The position numbers and the translations under genes are program-made. This document shows positions 1 to 9,253 of a stretch of DNA of 64,000 nucleotides, in pieces (within the stretch, counting starts at the first letter, position 1; each line of letters starts with the position of its first letter). The notes below the pieces were generated by a model, which saw only the letters and a list, made by a program, of their open reading frames with translations, did not search any database and had not been told where the DNA came from. Source of the stretch: an uncultured Gammaproteobacteria bacterium (GTDB lineage Bacteria > Patescibacteriota > Microgenomatia > UBA8517); the NCBI GenBank assembly GCA_964645605.1, contig CAZYCE010000001.1:63-64062 (forward strand), in the 5' to 3' direction.

Positions 1-459
1 AAAAATCGAAATATACTCTTTAGGGTTATTGAAAATAGGTAAAATTGAATGCCCAAAAATCACGGCATTACCCCGCTTTCCCGGAAGTGCCGTACCGGGA
101 TATTGAATCAGGCTTTTTGAAAGGTCTTCACCTCCAATTGCAACCGTCGCGGAGTCAATCTTCAGCTTAGGAATGGACATGGTATAGTAAGAAACTTGGG
201 CTGCCTTAAATTCCTCTACATTGGCTCCTCCGGCAAACCAGCTGCTAGCCATTGTATCGTCAGAGGTTCCATCAATTGAATCCGACAAAATTCCACGGAT
301 TTGACTTCCGGAATCAGCTAATGGGGAAATCATCTTTGTGTAATTTTTAGAGTAAGTAGAATTGTAGTCAACAATCGGGTATATAACACCGGCTAAAATG
401 ATCAGCCCGGAAACGAAGGAGACCAGTGCAGAAATGCGTAGAATTGTCTTTTGCGTCAT
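1..459 (-). CDS. Sortase-family transpeptidase, partial (3' end beyond window edge)
   Basis: Translating the minus strand from the ATG at 457-459 gives MTQKTILRISALVSFVSGLIILAGV (an N-terminal membrane anchor) followed by ...YTMSIPKLKIDSATVAIGGEDLSKSLIQYPGTALPGKRGNAVIFGHS. This matches the sortase beta-barrel region and the conserved GN..I.GH catalytic-His motif (compare SrtA QNISIAGH). The Cys and Arg catalytic residues would lie beyond the window. It is not in the ORF track because it runs off the edge. Confidence 0.55.
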   Translation of the reverse strand, partial: MTQKTILRISALVSFVSGLIILAGVIYPIVDYNSTYSKNYTKMISPLADSGSQIRGILSDSIDGTSDDTMASSWFAGGANVEEFKAAQVSYYTMSIPKLKIDSATVAIGGEDLSKSLIQYPGTALPGKRGNAVIFGHSILPIFNNPKEYISIF

Positions 460-489
460 GTTACCAATTCTACTATATCAACGAGTATT

Positions 490-2703
490 TTACTCGGGTT
501 TTACTTCAATAATAATATTTTTGGCAATTCTGGGAATAGTCTTAAGAGGTCCGGGGAATTTAATTTTAAGAGCTACATCTGCGTGATCAAAACCCGGTAC
601 CGAATTGAGGTAATCTGTGGCGCTTGATACGGTTTTGCCCAAAATTGTCTTTTTGATTTTATCGGTATCCACCGTAGGCAAAAAATTTCCACCAACCACA
701 ACATCGTAAGTATATTTACCTTCCTGAGCACTTACAAAAGTAAACTTAAAATCTACATGATCGGAAGAAAGCGTATAGCCGCCCGGTGTTTTGTTATTTA
801 GAATACCTTTGGCATATTCCAATAATTTTTCCCTGTCCGCGGCAAGACCGGTGGCACTAAGAGATAAAGATAGTTTGAGGCTTTCCGCCTGATCTCCGAC
901 ATTATGATCGAAATTTTCACTTGCAGTATCAAGCGTAGCCAAATCATTTACAAAAATCTCATTTTCTGCCGCCTTTGCGGAAAGGTCGGATTTTGCATTT
1001 TGGCTAAGTTCATTTTTCAAATCACTTTCTAGACTTGCCTGGTCTTCTTTACTCACCGCTGAAATTTGTTGACTGCTTCCACCACTAAAATCCCCAGTCG
1101 AGGTTGCCGCAACAAGAGCTTTAGAATAATTTCCTACACTAAAAACTTCCCCTTTGGCTAAATTATATTGTGAACCTATATCGTACGCCGTTACGTTAAC
1201 TGTTGCAGTACCGGGAGATCCCGGCAAAAGCTGCCCCGAAACAGATGCTTCATTATCGGTAACAAACTTGAATCCCGACGATGATGTTAAGATTGTGCCT
1301 GCCGCCAGGTTTATCGCCGCACTGTTTCCGTTGGCGATTTGTACACTTCCCTTGGCTTTGTCTCCAATCAGCTTCGTTCCCGTTGTTGATTTGGTTTTTT
1401 CACCGGAGACCTGGTTCTTTAGAACCTTGGCCGGAATAATTCCGCCTGCAGTATCGCCCTGCCCATTTGTATCAAATACTATTTGAGTACTTTCCTCGGC
1501 TCGTTGAGGCGTAACATAAATACTTACTTTAGCTGTTTGACCAAACCACCATAAAAGAAAAATTGTCAAAATTCCCAGTCCAAGTACCGACAAAACCGCA
1601 ATCAGACCTTTCTTTTGGCTTGGTACCTCAGTCTTTGACTTAGAAAATATTTTGGAAAAAGAATGAAAAAGACTTTTAGATTTAGCCAAATAATTGGAAG
1701 GTGTTTTAAGAGTAGCCGGCGGAGGTTTTACGACCGGAATGGATTGTGGCGATATTGGTGTCGAACCGGGCGGTGATTGATTAGAAACCGCCGGCGTAAT
1801 ATTTTGTATATCCTCCTTTTTAATTGAGGAAACGTCTGCCCCAACAGCAAAACCAAATTCTTCGGCAGAGATTGGTTTTTCGTTTTCAACTTTTTCTTCA
1901 GGCGCTTCCTCAGAATTTCCTTCTGATTCCTCAGCTTCTTCACTAACCACCGAAGTAACATTTCCCATCTCAGAACCCCCAGCAAGGGCAGTGGCTAAAA
2001 CTTTTTTATCTACGCTCAAGATTTCAACCTGTGGAGTATGCAGAAAGCTTATCTTTCCCTCACTCCAATTCGCCTGTATTAGAGTTTGTCTTGTCTCCTC
2101 CAACTCTCCCTCCTTTCCGTCATAAACAACAAATCTCGTGGGCAAAGGATTAACTCCATTAAACCTGGAAAGTCCCTCGATAACATCATCAACCAAAGAA
2201 ACGCTCCTGGAAACTTCGGTCGTTCCAATCAGTTCTCCAAGCTTGAATAGGGAAAGCTCTATATATTCGCTACCTGATTTGATAATAATCGCATTAAGTG
2301 GAGAACCTTCTTCTGATTTATAAAGATGGGCAATTGCTTCGGGTAAAACAACAAATCCGACGGGGGTAAGAGTAAGCTCTGTGCAAATTTTTTTAATTTT
2401 GGGCAAATTTTCAGGAGAAATTTCACCATTTTTTACCCAGGAGGTTGAAACACCAAAAACGGTTTTTTGCGGTTCAGGGTAATCTTCCGGAAGCTTTTGT
2501 ATGGCTGAGGAAAGTGCTGCGTCAGTTGACTCAATCAATTCTTCATCGCTTTCCCAAGGAATACCTGCGCCTATCCCTACCACTTCCGCAGTTCCTTCAT
2601 TGATATACCAAATTCCCGACTGCACCAGACCCTTTTCAATCACAAGTGCCCAAAAAAGTTCGGGCTGGCTTTCTCTATTTGTCAACAAATCTTTGAGGTT
2701 CAT
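490..2703 (-). CDS. Large bitopic membrane protein. It has an N-terminal cytoplasmic FtsA/PilM-like (actin-fold) domain of about 270 aa, an acidic and Pro/Ser-rich linker, one TM helix and an extracytoplasmic domain of about 340 aa.
   Basis: 737-aa ORF. The N-terminus aligns by eye with FtsA domains 1A and 2A. The stretch ALVIEKGLVQSGIW...VVGIGAGIPW compares with FtsA LVVGLEIGTAKV...IIGVG, and PKIKKICTELTLTPVGFVVLPEAIAHL...NAIIIKSGSEYIELSLFKLGEL compares with FtsA KNIVKAVERCGLKVDQLIF..GVCVVDIGGGTMDIAVYTGGAL. The phosphate-binding glycines are degenerate (KSGSE). The TM helix is GLIAVLSVLGLGILTIFLLWWF. The C-terminal domain is rich in Ser/Thr/Gly/Asn. Confidence 0.45.
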   Translation of the reverse strand: MNLKDLLTNRESQPELFWALVIEKGLVQSGIWYINEGTAEVVGIGAGIPWESDEELIESTDAALSSAIQKLPEDYPEPQKTVFGVSTSWVKNGEISPENLPKIKKICTELTLTPVGFVVLPEAIAHLYKSEEGSPLNAIIIKSGSEYIELSLFKLGELIGTTEVSRSVSLVDDVIEGLSRFNGVNPLPTRFVVYDGKEGELEETRQTLIQANWSEGKISFLHTPQVEILSVDKKVLATALAGGSEMGNVTSVVSEEAEESEGNSEEAPEEKVENEKPISAEEFGFAVGADVSSIKKEDIQNITPAVSNQSPPGSTPISPQSIPVVKPPPATLKTPSNYLAKSKSLFHSFSKIFSKSKTEVPSQKKGLIAVLSVLGLGILTIFLLWWFGQTAKVSIYVTPQRAEESTQIVFDTNGQGDTAGGIIPAKVLKNQVSGEKTKSTTGTKLIGDKAKGSVQIANGNSAAINLAAGTILTSSSGFKFVTDNEASVSGQLLPGSPGTATVNVTAYDIGSQYNLAKGEVFSVGNYSKALVAATSTGDFSGGSSQQISAVSKEDQASLESDLKNELSQNAKSDLSAKAAENEIFVNDLATLDTASENFDHNVGDQAESLKLSLSLSATGLAADREKLLEYAKGILNNKTPGGYTLSSDHVDFKFTFVSAQEGKYTYDVVVGGNFLPTVDTDKIKKTILGKTVSSATDYLNSVPGFDHADVALKIKFPGPLKTIPRIAKNIIIEVKPE

Positions 2704-2709
2704 TTTTTG

Positions 2710-4524
2710 TTAATTACTAACAAGGGCAGCATATATACGGATAATGCCGGATCCGATTTTCTCTTGTTTAATTATTTTAACACCACCAATTACACCTGTG
2801 TTGGTCACATGCGGCCCACCGCACACTTCTTTTGAAAACCAATTTCCGTTCGAATTCCCGACTGTATAGACTTTAACCTCGCTGCCATACTTTTCCGCAA
2901 AAAAATGCATAGCGCCTTCTTTTATGGCTTCAGACAGACTCATTGTCGTAAATGTAACAGGTAAATCTTCTTCAATTTTGAGGTTTATCAGATCTTCGAC
3001 TTTCTCTATTTCTTCATCTGTGAGTTTTTGCGGATGAGAAAAATCAAATCTCAATCTCTCCACGGTAATATGACTTCCTTTTTGACCCACATGCTCTCCC
3101 AAAACCTGCCGCAAAGCAGCATGCAAAAGATGGGTGGCGGTATGGAGCTTTGTCGTAATTTCTGAAGAGTCGGCCAATCCTCCTTTGAACATCCCGGCAG
3201 ACGCAGATCGGGAAGCTTCTTTGTGTTTTTCAAATTCAGTCTCGAAAGCATTTTTTTCTTCGGCCGAGAAAGCCATTCCGTTTTGTTTCAAAATTTCCAT
3301 TGTCAGTTCAAGCGGAAAACCCTCGGTTTGATAAAGATCAAAAGCAAACTCACCGTCTATTATTTTTCCTTCCGAAACAGTCTTTGTAAGACTTGCCAAT
3401 CCTCTTTTTAAGGCTGCTTCAAAACGCGTTGCCTCCACAGTCAGATTTTCCTCAATAATTTGCCAGTTTTTATCAACATTTGGGTAGAACTTTCTAAATC
3501 CTGCGGCAATTGCGGAAACGGTGGTGCCTGAAATACCGGACCCTAAAAGATGAAAATGGAACATCGAACGTCTGATTAATCTTCTTAGGGCATAACTATG
3601 AAGTTTATTTCCCGGTATTACACCCTCGCTTAAAAGATTTACAGATCCTCTAAGGTGGTCGGCAATAACACGGAAACTTTTGTCTTTGATGAGGTCAGAG
3701 TTATATTGAGTCCCAGTTTCTTTCTCAATCCTCCCGATAACTTCAGAAAAAAGGTCTATATGAAAAACATCAGGATCGTCTAACACGGCTGAGGCAATCC
3801 TTTCAAGCCCTCCTCCAAAATCTACATTTTTTTGTGGCAGTTCTTGCAGTTTTTCCCCTTCGGTTTTCTGATATTGCATAAAGACAGAGTTTCCTATCTC
3901 CAAAAATTTTCCGCAGTCACAGTTTGGGTGACAAAATTTGCCGTATTTCGTGTCGTGAGGAACATCGGTAAACTCATAGAAAATTTCACTGTCCGGTCCT
4001 CCTATTTCACCAAGGGGCATAGCTTCTGGTATTCCTGCCCTGCTCCACCAATTTTTGGTAGCATCGTAAAAATGAATGTGGCTTTCAGGTAGTCCAAGTT
4101 TTTTCCAGATTTCAAATGATTCAGTATCCTTTGGAACTTCATCACTACCTTCAAAGACGCTTACATGCAGCCTTTCCGGATCAATTCCTAATTCTTTCGT
4201 AAAAAACTCCCAAACCCAACCCAACTGTTCCTTCTTAAAATAATCACCCAAACTCCAATTCCCAAGCATTTCAAAAAAACTAAAATGACGATTGTCGGCC
4301 ACCTCATCAAGATCTTGCATGCGGATTGACGGCTGAATATCAACTAACCTTTTCCCCTGGGGGTGTTTTTCACCTTTGAGGTATGGCACCAATTGCTGCA
4401 TACCTGCTGATGTAAAAAGCGTTGTCGGATCGGATTCTATAACAAGTGGGCTTGGTGTAATTTCTTTGTGTCCATTTTTTTTAAAGAAATCCAAATATTT
4501 TTTTCTAATCTCATCTATGCTCAT
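2710..4524 (-). CDS. alaS: Alanyl-tRNA synthetase, short form (catalytic, tRNA-recognition and editing domains, no C-Ala domain)
   Basis: The N-terminus MSIDEIRKKYLDFFKKNGHKEITPSPLVIESDPTTLFTSAGMQQ is typical of AlaRS. The editing domain has the HxxxH (HTATHLLHAALR) and CGGPHV motifs near the C-terminus. The 604-aa length means the C-terminal oligomerisation (C-Ala) domain is absent. Confidence 0.9.
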   Translation of the reverse strand: MSIDEIRKKYLDFFKKNGHKEITPSPLVIESDPTTLFTSAGMQQLVPYLKGEKHPQGKRLVDIQPSIRMQDLDEVADNRHFSFFEMLGNWSLGDYFKKEQLGWVWEFFTKELGIDPERLHVSVFEGSDEVPKDTESFEIWKKLGLPESHIHFYDATKNWWSRAGIPEAMPLGEIGGPDSEIFYEFTDVPHDTKYGKFCHPNCDCGKFLEIGNSVFMQYQKTEGEKLQELPQKNVDFGGGLERIASAVLDDPDVFHIDLFSEVIGRIEKETGTQYNSDLIKDKSFRVIADHLRGSVNLLSEGVIPGNKLHSYALRRLIRRSMFHFHLLGSGISGTTVSAIAAGFRKFYPNVDKNWQIIEENLTVEATRFEAALKRGLASLTKTVSEGKIIDGEFAFDLYQTEGFPLELTMEILKQNGMAFSAEEKNAFETEFEKHKEASRSASAGMFKGGLADSSEITTKLHTATHLLHAALRQVLGEHVGQKGSHITVERLRFDFSHPQKLTDEEIEKVEDLINLKIEEDLPVTFTTMSLSEAIKEGAMHFFAEKYGSEVKVYTVGNSNGNWFSKEVCGGPHVTNTGVIGGVKIIKQEKIGSGIIRIYAALVSN

Positions 4525-4542
4525 GGCTAAAGTATATCATTT

Positions 4543-4776
4543 TTAGCTACCGTGGGTTTCAATCTTTTTACCTTTGTGAAGTATTTCCATAACGGAAGTT
4601 AACTTCTCCGGACGAATCAAGCCTCCACCCAAAATTGAATCTTCCAAAATACTATTTAATCTTTTAACGGCGCGCCTTAAATCAACAATTATTAGCATTA
4701 CCTGAATTCCCACCACAACCAAAAGAAACGTGAGAGCAATAACAACGACTATCAAAAGTGTTTGAACGGAATCCAT
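4543..4776 (-). CDS. Small membrane protein, hypothetical
   Basis: 77-aa ORF with one strongly hydrophobic helix (LLIVVVIALTFLLVVVGIQVMLIIV). It is tightly packed between alaS and the RodZ-like gene on the same strand. Confidence 0.4.
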   Translation of the reverse strand: MDSVQTLLIVVVIALTFLLVVVGIQVMLIIVDLRRAVKRLNSILEDSILGGGLIRPEKLTSVMEILHKGKKIETHGS

Positions 4777-4819
4777 GTCTAATTATCAATTAATAACCAA
4801 CAATTTACAATAAACAACC

Positions 4820-5446
4820 CTAGTTGGTATCAACAAGTATCTTCCGGCTGACAATTGTTTCCTTACCCGATCTGGAGACTGCTTTAACTACAACCTCCGT
4901 TGTTTCCGGAGAAACCCCTAAATCCACAGAAAATTTGCCGTCTTTATCAACCAACACGGGCTGGTTATCGACTGTGATTTTGACGTCTACATCGGTTGAG
5001 CCAAAGACTAAAACGGAATTTCCATCCACGATTTGTCCTTCTACAGGACTTTGAATATCCACCTTTGGAGGAGAAGTAAATTTTTTATATTGCAAGCCCA
5101 AGTATCCCAAAATAAAAATAACGACTATGGAAATTCCTAAAATAAACGTTAGTTTGGGATTCCACGAAGACTTACTGGAAACGTCGGGTTTCGGGTTGAT
5201 GTTCAACTTTTTTGGTGGATAGTCTCGTTTTAGGATAGCAACAGACGTCTTTTCATCAAGGTCCAAGGCCGAAGATATACTTTTTACAAAGCCTAAAACA
5301 GTCGGAAAAGGGGGAAGGTCTTGCCATCTTTCGTCCTCGATAGCCTCAATAAAAGAGATTTTTATCTTTGTTATTTCCTCGAGCCTTTCAAACGAATATT
5401 TTTTTTCCCTGCGGGCGTTCGCGATAATTTGTCCTATGCTTTTCAT
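4820..5446 (-). CDS. RodZ-like cytoskeleton-associated protein (N-terminal HTH, single TM, C-terminal beta-rich extracellular domain)
   Basis: The N-terminus has an XRE-type helix-turn-helix (IGQIIANARREKKYSFERLEEITKIKISFIEAIE). It is followed by one TM (LTFILGISIVVIFILGYLGL) and a C-terminal domain (VDIQSPVEGQIVDGNSVLVFGSTD...) that resembles the RodZ C-terminal DUF4115. Confidence 0.55.
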   Translation of the reverse strand: MKSIGQIIANARREKKYSFERLEEITKIKISFIEAIEDERWQDLPPFPTVLGFVKSISSALDLDEKTSVAILKRDYPPKKLNINPKPDVSSKSSWNPKLTFILGISIVVIFILGYLGLQYKKFTSPPKVDIQSPVEGQIVDGNSVLVFGSTDVDVKITVDNQPVLVDKDGKFSVDLGVSPETTEVVVKAVSRSGKETIVSRKILVDTN

Positions 5447-5457
5447 TTAAATAAAAT

Positions 5458-7560
5458 TTACTGGGCAGGAGGATTTCCGAAGGAAGCCAAAAATTCATCG
5501 GCATTTTGGACTAAAACCTCACGGGCCTTACCACTATCACTCGCTCCAACAACCCCGGCTGCTTCAAGCTGGTCAACTATTCTGGCCGCTCTGGCATATC
5601 CTATCGAAAGCCTCCTTTGAAGAAGAGATGACGATGCCTTATCATACTGACAAACGACTTTTACTGCCTCCTTGAAAAGATCGTCCACGCTTCCCTGAAC
5701 TCCCGGCACCATGACAGTCCCTGCCTTAGACATTGATGTAACCTCCTCCGTATATTGAGGGTTTACACCTTGGTTTTTGAGAAAGGTGGTTAGGGCAACC
5801 ACCTCTTTGTCTCCTACAAAAGCCCCTTGAATTCTGACCGGTTTTGCCTGTTCAGGTGGAAGATAGAGCATATCTCCTTTTCCAAGAAGTTTTTCGGCTC
5901 CCTGGGTATCCAAAATCACACGCGAATCTACCTGGGAAGCAACTGCGAAAGCAATTCTGCTGGGAACATTGGCTTTAATAAGGCCTGTTATTACGTCTAC
6001 CGAAGGACGCTGTGTCGCCAAAACCATGTGTATCCCGGTAGCTCTGGACATTTGAGCAATTCTGGTGATGGAATCTTCAACCTCAACAGGGCTAAAAAGC
6101 ATGATATCAGCAAGTTCGTCTATGAAAAGAACTATGTAAGGAAGTGCTTGAAAACCGGACATCTCATTGTAAGATTCAATATTTCTGGCCCCTGCCTGAG
6201 AAAAAAGCTTATAGCGTCTGTCCATTTCGGCCATTATCCAGCGAAGTGCCGATAAAACTTTATCCGGTTCAACGATAACCGGTGACAAAAGATGTGGAAT
6301 TCCTCCATAGCGGGTAAGCTCGACTCTTTTGGGATCAACTAAAATAAGTTTGACTTCTGTTGGTGCAGCCCTAAAAAGAATAGACATCAAGAAGGCATTT
6401 ATACAAACGGACTTACCGGAGCCGGTTTGACCTGCTATTAAGATGTGAGGCATCTTGGCAATGTCGGCAACAATGGGTTTACCTGAAACATCAAGGCCCA
6501 AGGAAACCTCCAACTTGGATTTGGCACTTTGCATCTCTTGAGACTCCATAATTTTTCTCAACGGCACAAATTCGGCTGAACGGTTGGGCAGCTCGATTCC
6601 TACAAGATTTCTTCCGGGAATCGGCGCCTCAATCCTAATCGTTCCGGTTGGGGCGGAAAGGGCAAGGGCAAGATCGCGTTCAAGAGATGTAATTTTGGAA
6701 AGTTTGGTTCCCAAAGCAACCTCAATTGCATATTGGGTTACAGCAGGGCCCAAATTGACCTCTACCACATGGGCAGTAATCCCAAACGACTCCAAAGTTT
6801 TTTCAATTGTCGCAGCATTGCCTTTAATATCACCGCGTTCAGCATGTCCTCCGTCACTTTCGCCAAAAATATCAATTGTGGGATATCTCCACACCGTTTC
6901 CTCACCCGGGATATTGCTGACAAGCTTTTGTTCCAATGGCTCTTTGGGTACGGCGGCAGCGGAAATGCCTGTTTTAGTATTACCCGAAGGAGAGTTTCCT
7001 CCAATAACCCTCATTTGTCCCCTTTGAAGACCAGTTCCTCCGATTTTTATTTGAGACTTGTCGCCATGAATATAAACCCCCACCTGTCTGAAAAATTCTT
7101 TTAAAATTTTATAAACCTGATCTATCGAGGTATTAAACAAAATTATTAGCCCGATTATTCCGATACCGGCAAAGGTTATTCCGGCACCCACCCCCATTAC
7201 AAGCTCGGCAATTGCACTCCAAATTGTCCTCCCGGCAATACCCGCTTGTCCCAAAGCCATAACCGAAATGAAAAACAAAAGACTTCCCACAATAACATTG
7301 GGTTGACCTAAAATAAACTTAACCTTGGAAAGAAGAAATGCAAAAGAAAGGAATATAAAAGGTAGAAAAATTGATGACCAAGAAAAATAACTTAAAAGAA
7401 AGTCATTAAATTTAATAAAAATCATTCCCTGACGGGAAAACGAAACCAGAATAAGGCCGGCAATAATAAAAAATATAACTTGGGAAATCGAAAACATCGA
7501 CTCTTTTTTGAGCTTTAACCTGAACGACCTTTTTGTAAATCTTTTCCTCTTCTTGCTCAT
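5458..7560 (-). CDS. ftsK: DNA translocase FtsK/SpoIIIE
   Basis: N-terminal polytopic membrane region. The motor domain has a Walker A motif (LIAGQTGSGKSVCINAFL). The C-terminal winged-helix gamma domain is present (LLQRRLSIGYARAARIVDQLEAAGVVG). Confidence 0.9.
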   Translation of the reverse strand: MSKKRKRFTKRSFRLKLKKESMFSISQVIFFIIAGLILVSFSRQGMIFIKFNDFLLSYFSWSSIFLPFIFLSFAFLLSKVKFILGQPNVIVGSLLFFISVMALGQAGIAGRTIWSAIAELVMGVGAGITFAGIGIIGLIILFNTSIDQVYKILKEFFRQVGVYIHGDKSQIKIGGTGLQRGQMRVIGGNSPSGNTKTGISAAAVPKEPLEQKLVSNIPGEETVWRYPTIDIFGESDGGHAERGDIKGNAATIEKTLESFGITAHVVEVNLGPAVTQYAIEVALGTKLSKITSLERDLALALSAPTGTIRIEAPIPGRNLVGIELPNRSAEFVPLRKIMESQEMQSAKSKLEVSLGLDVSGKPIVADIAKMPHILIAGQTGSGKSVCINAFLMSILFRAAPTEVKLILVDPKRVELTRYGGIPHLLSPVIVEPDKVLSALRWIMAEMDRRYKLFSQAGARNIESYNEMSGFQALPYIVLFIDELADIMLFSPVEVEDSITRIAQMSRATGIHMVLATQRPSVDVITGLIKANVPSRIAFAVASQVDSRVILDTQGAEKLLGKGDMLYLPPEQAKPVRIQGAFVGDKEVVALTTFLKNQGVNPQYTEEVTSMSKAGTVMVPGVQGSVDDLFKEAVKVVCQYDKASSSLLQRRLSIGYARAARIVDQLEAAGVVGASDSGKAREVLVQNADEFLASFGNPPAQ

Positions 7561-7588
7561 ATTTCAACCATTGTATATCGGAGTACGC

Positions 7589-9253
7589 TCAAACCTCAAC
7601 CACAACCGGTAAAATCATGGGGCGTCGTCCTGTTTTTTGGTAAAAATACTTTTCAAGAAAATCTATGGCGATATTTCTAACCACATTTGCATTAATCGAT
7701 TTCTTTGTTTGCATGGCACGGGCAAGTTCTTTTGAGGCATCCTCTAAAATTCGGCCGTATTTTTGCTCAAAAACGAATCCACGGCTCATTATTTCGGGGT
7801 TATCTATAAGCACGCTTGCATTCCTGTCAAAATGAATTATTGCGATAACTATTCCTTCTTTGGAAAGAATATGACGATCCCTCAGAACCACGTTTCCGAC
7901 ATCCCCAATTCCAAGTCCGTCTATTAAAACTTCTTTAACGGCGACTTTTCCGGCCTTTTTTGCATACTGATTTTTGAACTCAACGATTTCACCCGGAAGA
8001 AGTTCTAAAACGTTATTTTCAGGAGCCCCCATCCTCTGGGCAATGAGACCGTAGGCACGCATGTGCCTAATTGTTCCTCCGATAGGAATAAAATATTTAG
8101 GTTTGGTGAGTGCAAAAAGTGTTTCAATATCCCCAATACTTCCGTGTCCCGAAACGTGCAAATCCTCCTGCATATCGTAGTAGTGGACATCCACGTCCGC
8201 CTCTATCAGCTTATCAACCAAAAAATCAACATTAGTCTTACTTCCGGGCGGCGCAGGATCTGAAGAAAATATCACAACATCCCCTTTGCCGATTGTCAGA
8301 AAATCATGCTCTCCCATACAAAGCCTGTAAAGGGCACTCCCGGGTTGTCCGTAGCTCCCGGAGATAATATACAAAACCTTATTGGGTGGAAGGTGCGCTG
8401 CCTGTTTCGACTTTATTACTAAATCATTAGGATAAAACAAATACCCCAAGTCCTTAGCAATTTGAGCTTTTCTTTCAATTGAACGGCCAATCAAAACCAC
8501 CTTTCGGCCCAATTTTGCGGCAACATTGATGGTCTGCTGCATACGACTGATATTGCTTGAAATTGTTGTTAAATAAATCTTGCCGGGAATATCTTGGGCT
8601 ATCTCCTCAATTCTTCCTTGGATTGAAAGTTCACTTTCAGTATAGCCGGGGGTATTTGCTCCCAAAGCGTCGGAGGCCAGTGCCAAAGTGCCCTGTGAGG
8701 CAAGTGTTGCAACTTTAGCAATATCAAAAGGCCTACCGTCAACCGGGGTCCAGTCAAATTTATAATCCGGCACATGGAAAATTTTACCTTCCGGAGTGTC
8801 TATACAAAAACCAACCCCATCCGGAACGGAATGACTGACCCTGAAAGGCGTGATTTTGAAAACTCCCAGAGTCAGAACATCTTTTTCGGGGTTAAAAACA
8901 GAAATATGGGGCATGGGTGTGTCGTAATCTTCAAATTTATCCTCGATAAATCCGGCCACCAATTTTGAGGCGTAAACGGTTGCCTTTACATCCTTCATAA
9001 GAAACGGAAGCCCACCAAGATGATCCTCATGTCCGTGAGAAATCAAGATTCCGCGGAGTTTGGCGGCATTTTGCTTGATATAAGAAAAATCCGGTATGAC
9101 GAGGTCAACCCCAAACATTTCACTTTCCGGGAAACCAACTCCACAATCCACGACAATCATATCGTTTCCGTACTCATAAACGTAGAGATTTTCCGTTACC
9201 CCTGTAGTGCCTGATAAGGCGATAAATTTTAAAGCAGACATTTTGTTAAACAA
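7589..9253 (-). CDS. rnj: Ribonuclease J (metallo-beta-lactamase/beta-CASP RNase)
   Basis: HGHEDHLGG metallo-beta-lactamase motif near the N-terminus. The 554-aa length fits the beta-CASP plus C-terminal domain architecture. Overall similarity to RNase J1/J2. Confidence 0.85.
   Translation of the reverse strand: MFNKMSALKFIALSGTTGVTENLYVYEYGNDMIVVDCGVGFPESEMFGVDLVIPDFSYIKQNAAKLRGILISHGHEDHLGGLPFLMKDVKATVYASKLVAGFIEDKFEDYDTPMPHISVFNPEKDVLTLGVFKITPFRVSHSVPDGVGFCIDTPEGKIFHVPDYKFDWTPVDGRPFDIAKVATLASQGTLALASDALGANTPGYTESELSIQGRIEEIAQDIPGKIYLTTISSNISRMQQTINVAAKLGRKVVLIGRSIERKAQIAKDLGYLFYPNDLVIKSKQAAHLPPNKVLYIISGSYGQPGSALYRLCMGEHDFLTIGKGDVVIFSSDPAPPGSKTNVDFLVDKLIEADVDVHYYDMQEDLHVSGHGSIGDIETLFALTKPKYFIPIGGTIRHMRAYGLIAQRMGAPENNVLELLPGEIVEFKNQYAKKAGKVAVKEVLIDGLGIGDVGNVVLRDRHILSKEGIVIAIIHFDRNASVLIDNPEIMSRGFVFEQKYGRILEDASKELARAMQTKKSINANVVRNIAIDFLEKYFYQKTGRRPMILPVVVEV

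Noticed and set aside
398-586. 62-aa plus-strand ORF at the 5' edge
   Set aside because: It overlaps the sortase start and the 3' end of the 737-aa gene on the opposite strand, and it has no conserved features. I consider it spurious.
490-2703. Treating the 737-aa membrane protein as the LPxTG substrate of the adjacent sortase
   Set aside because: Its C-terminus (…KIKFPGPLKTIPRIAKNIIIEVKPE) has no LPxTG-like motif, hydrophobic tail or basic anchor. Its single TM is mid-protein, so it is not a sortase substrate by sequence.
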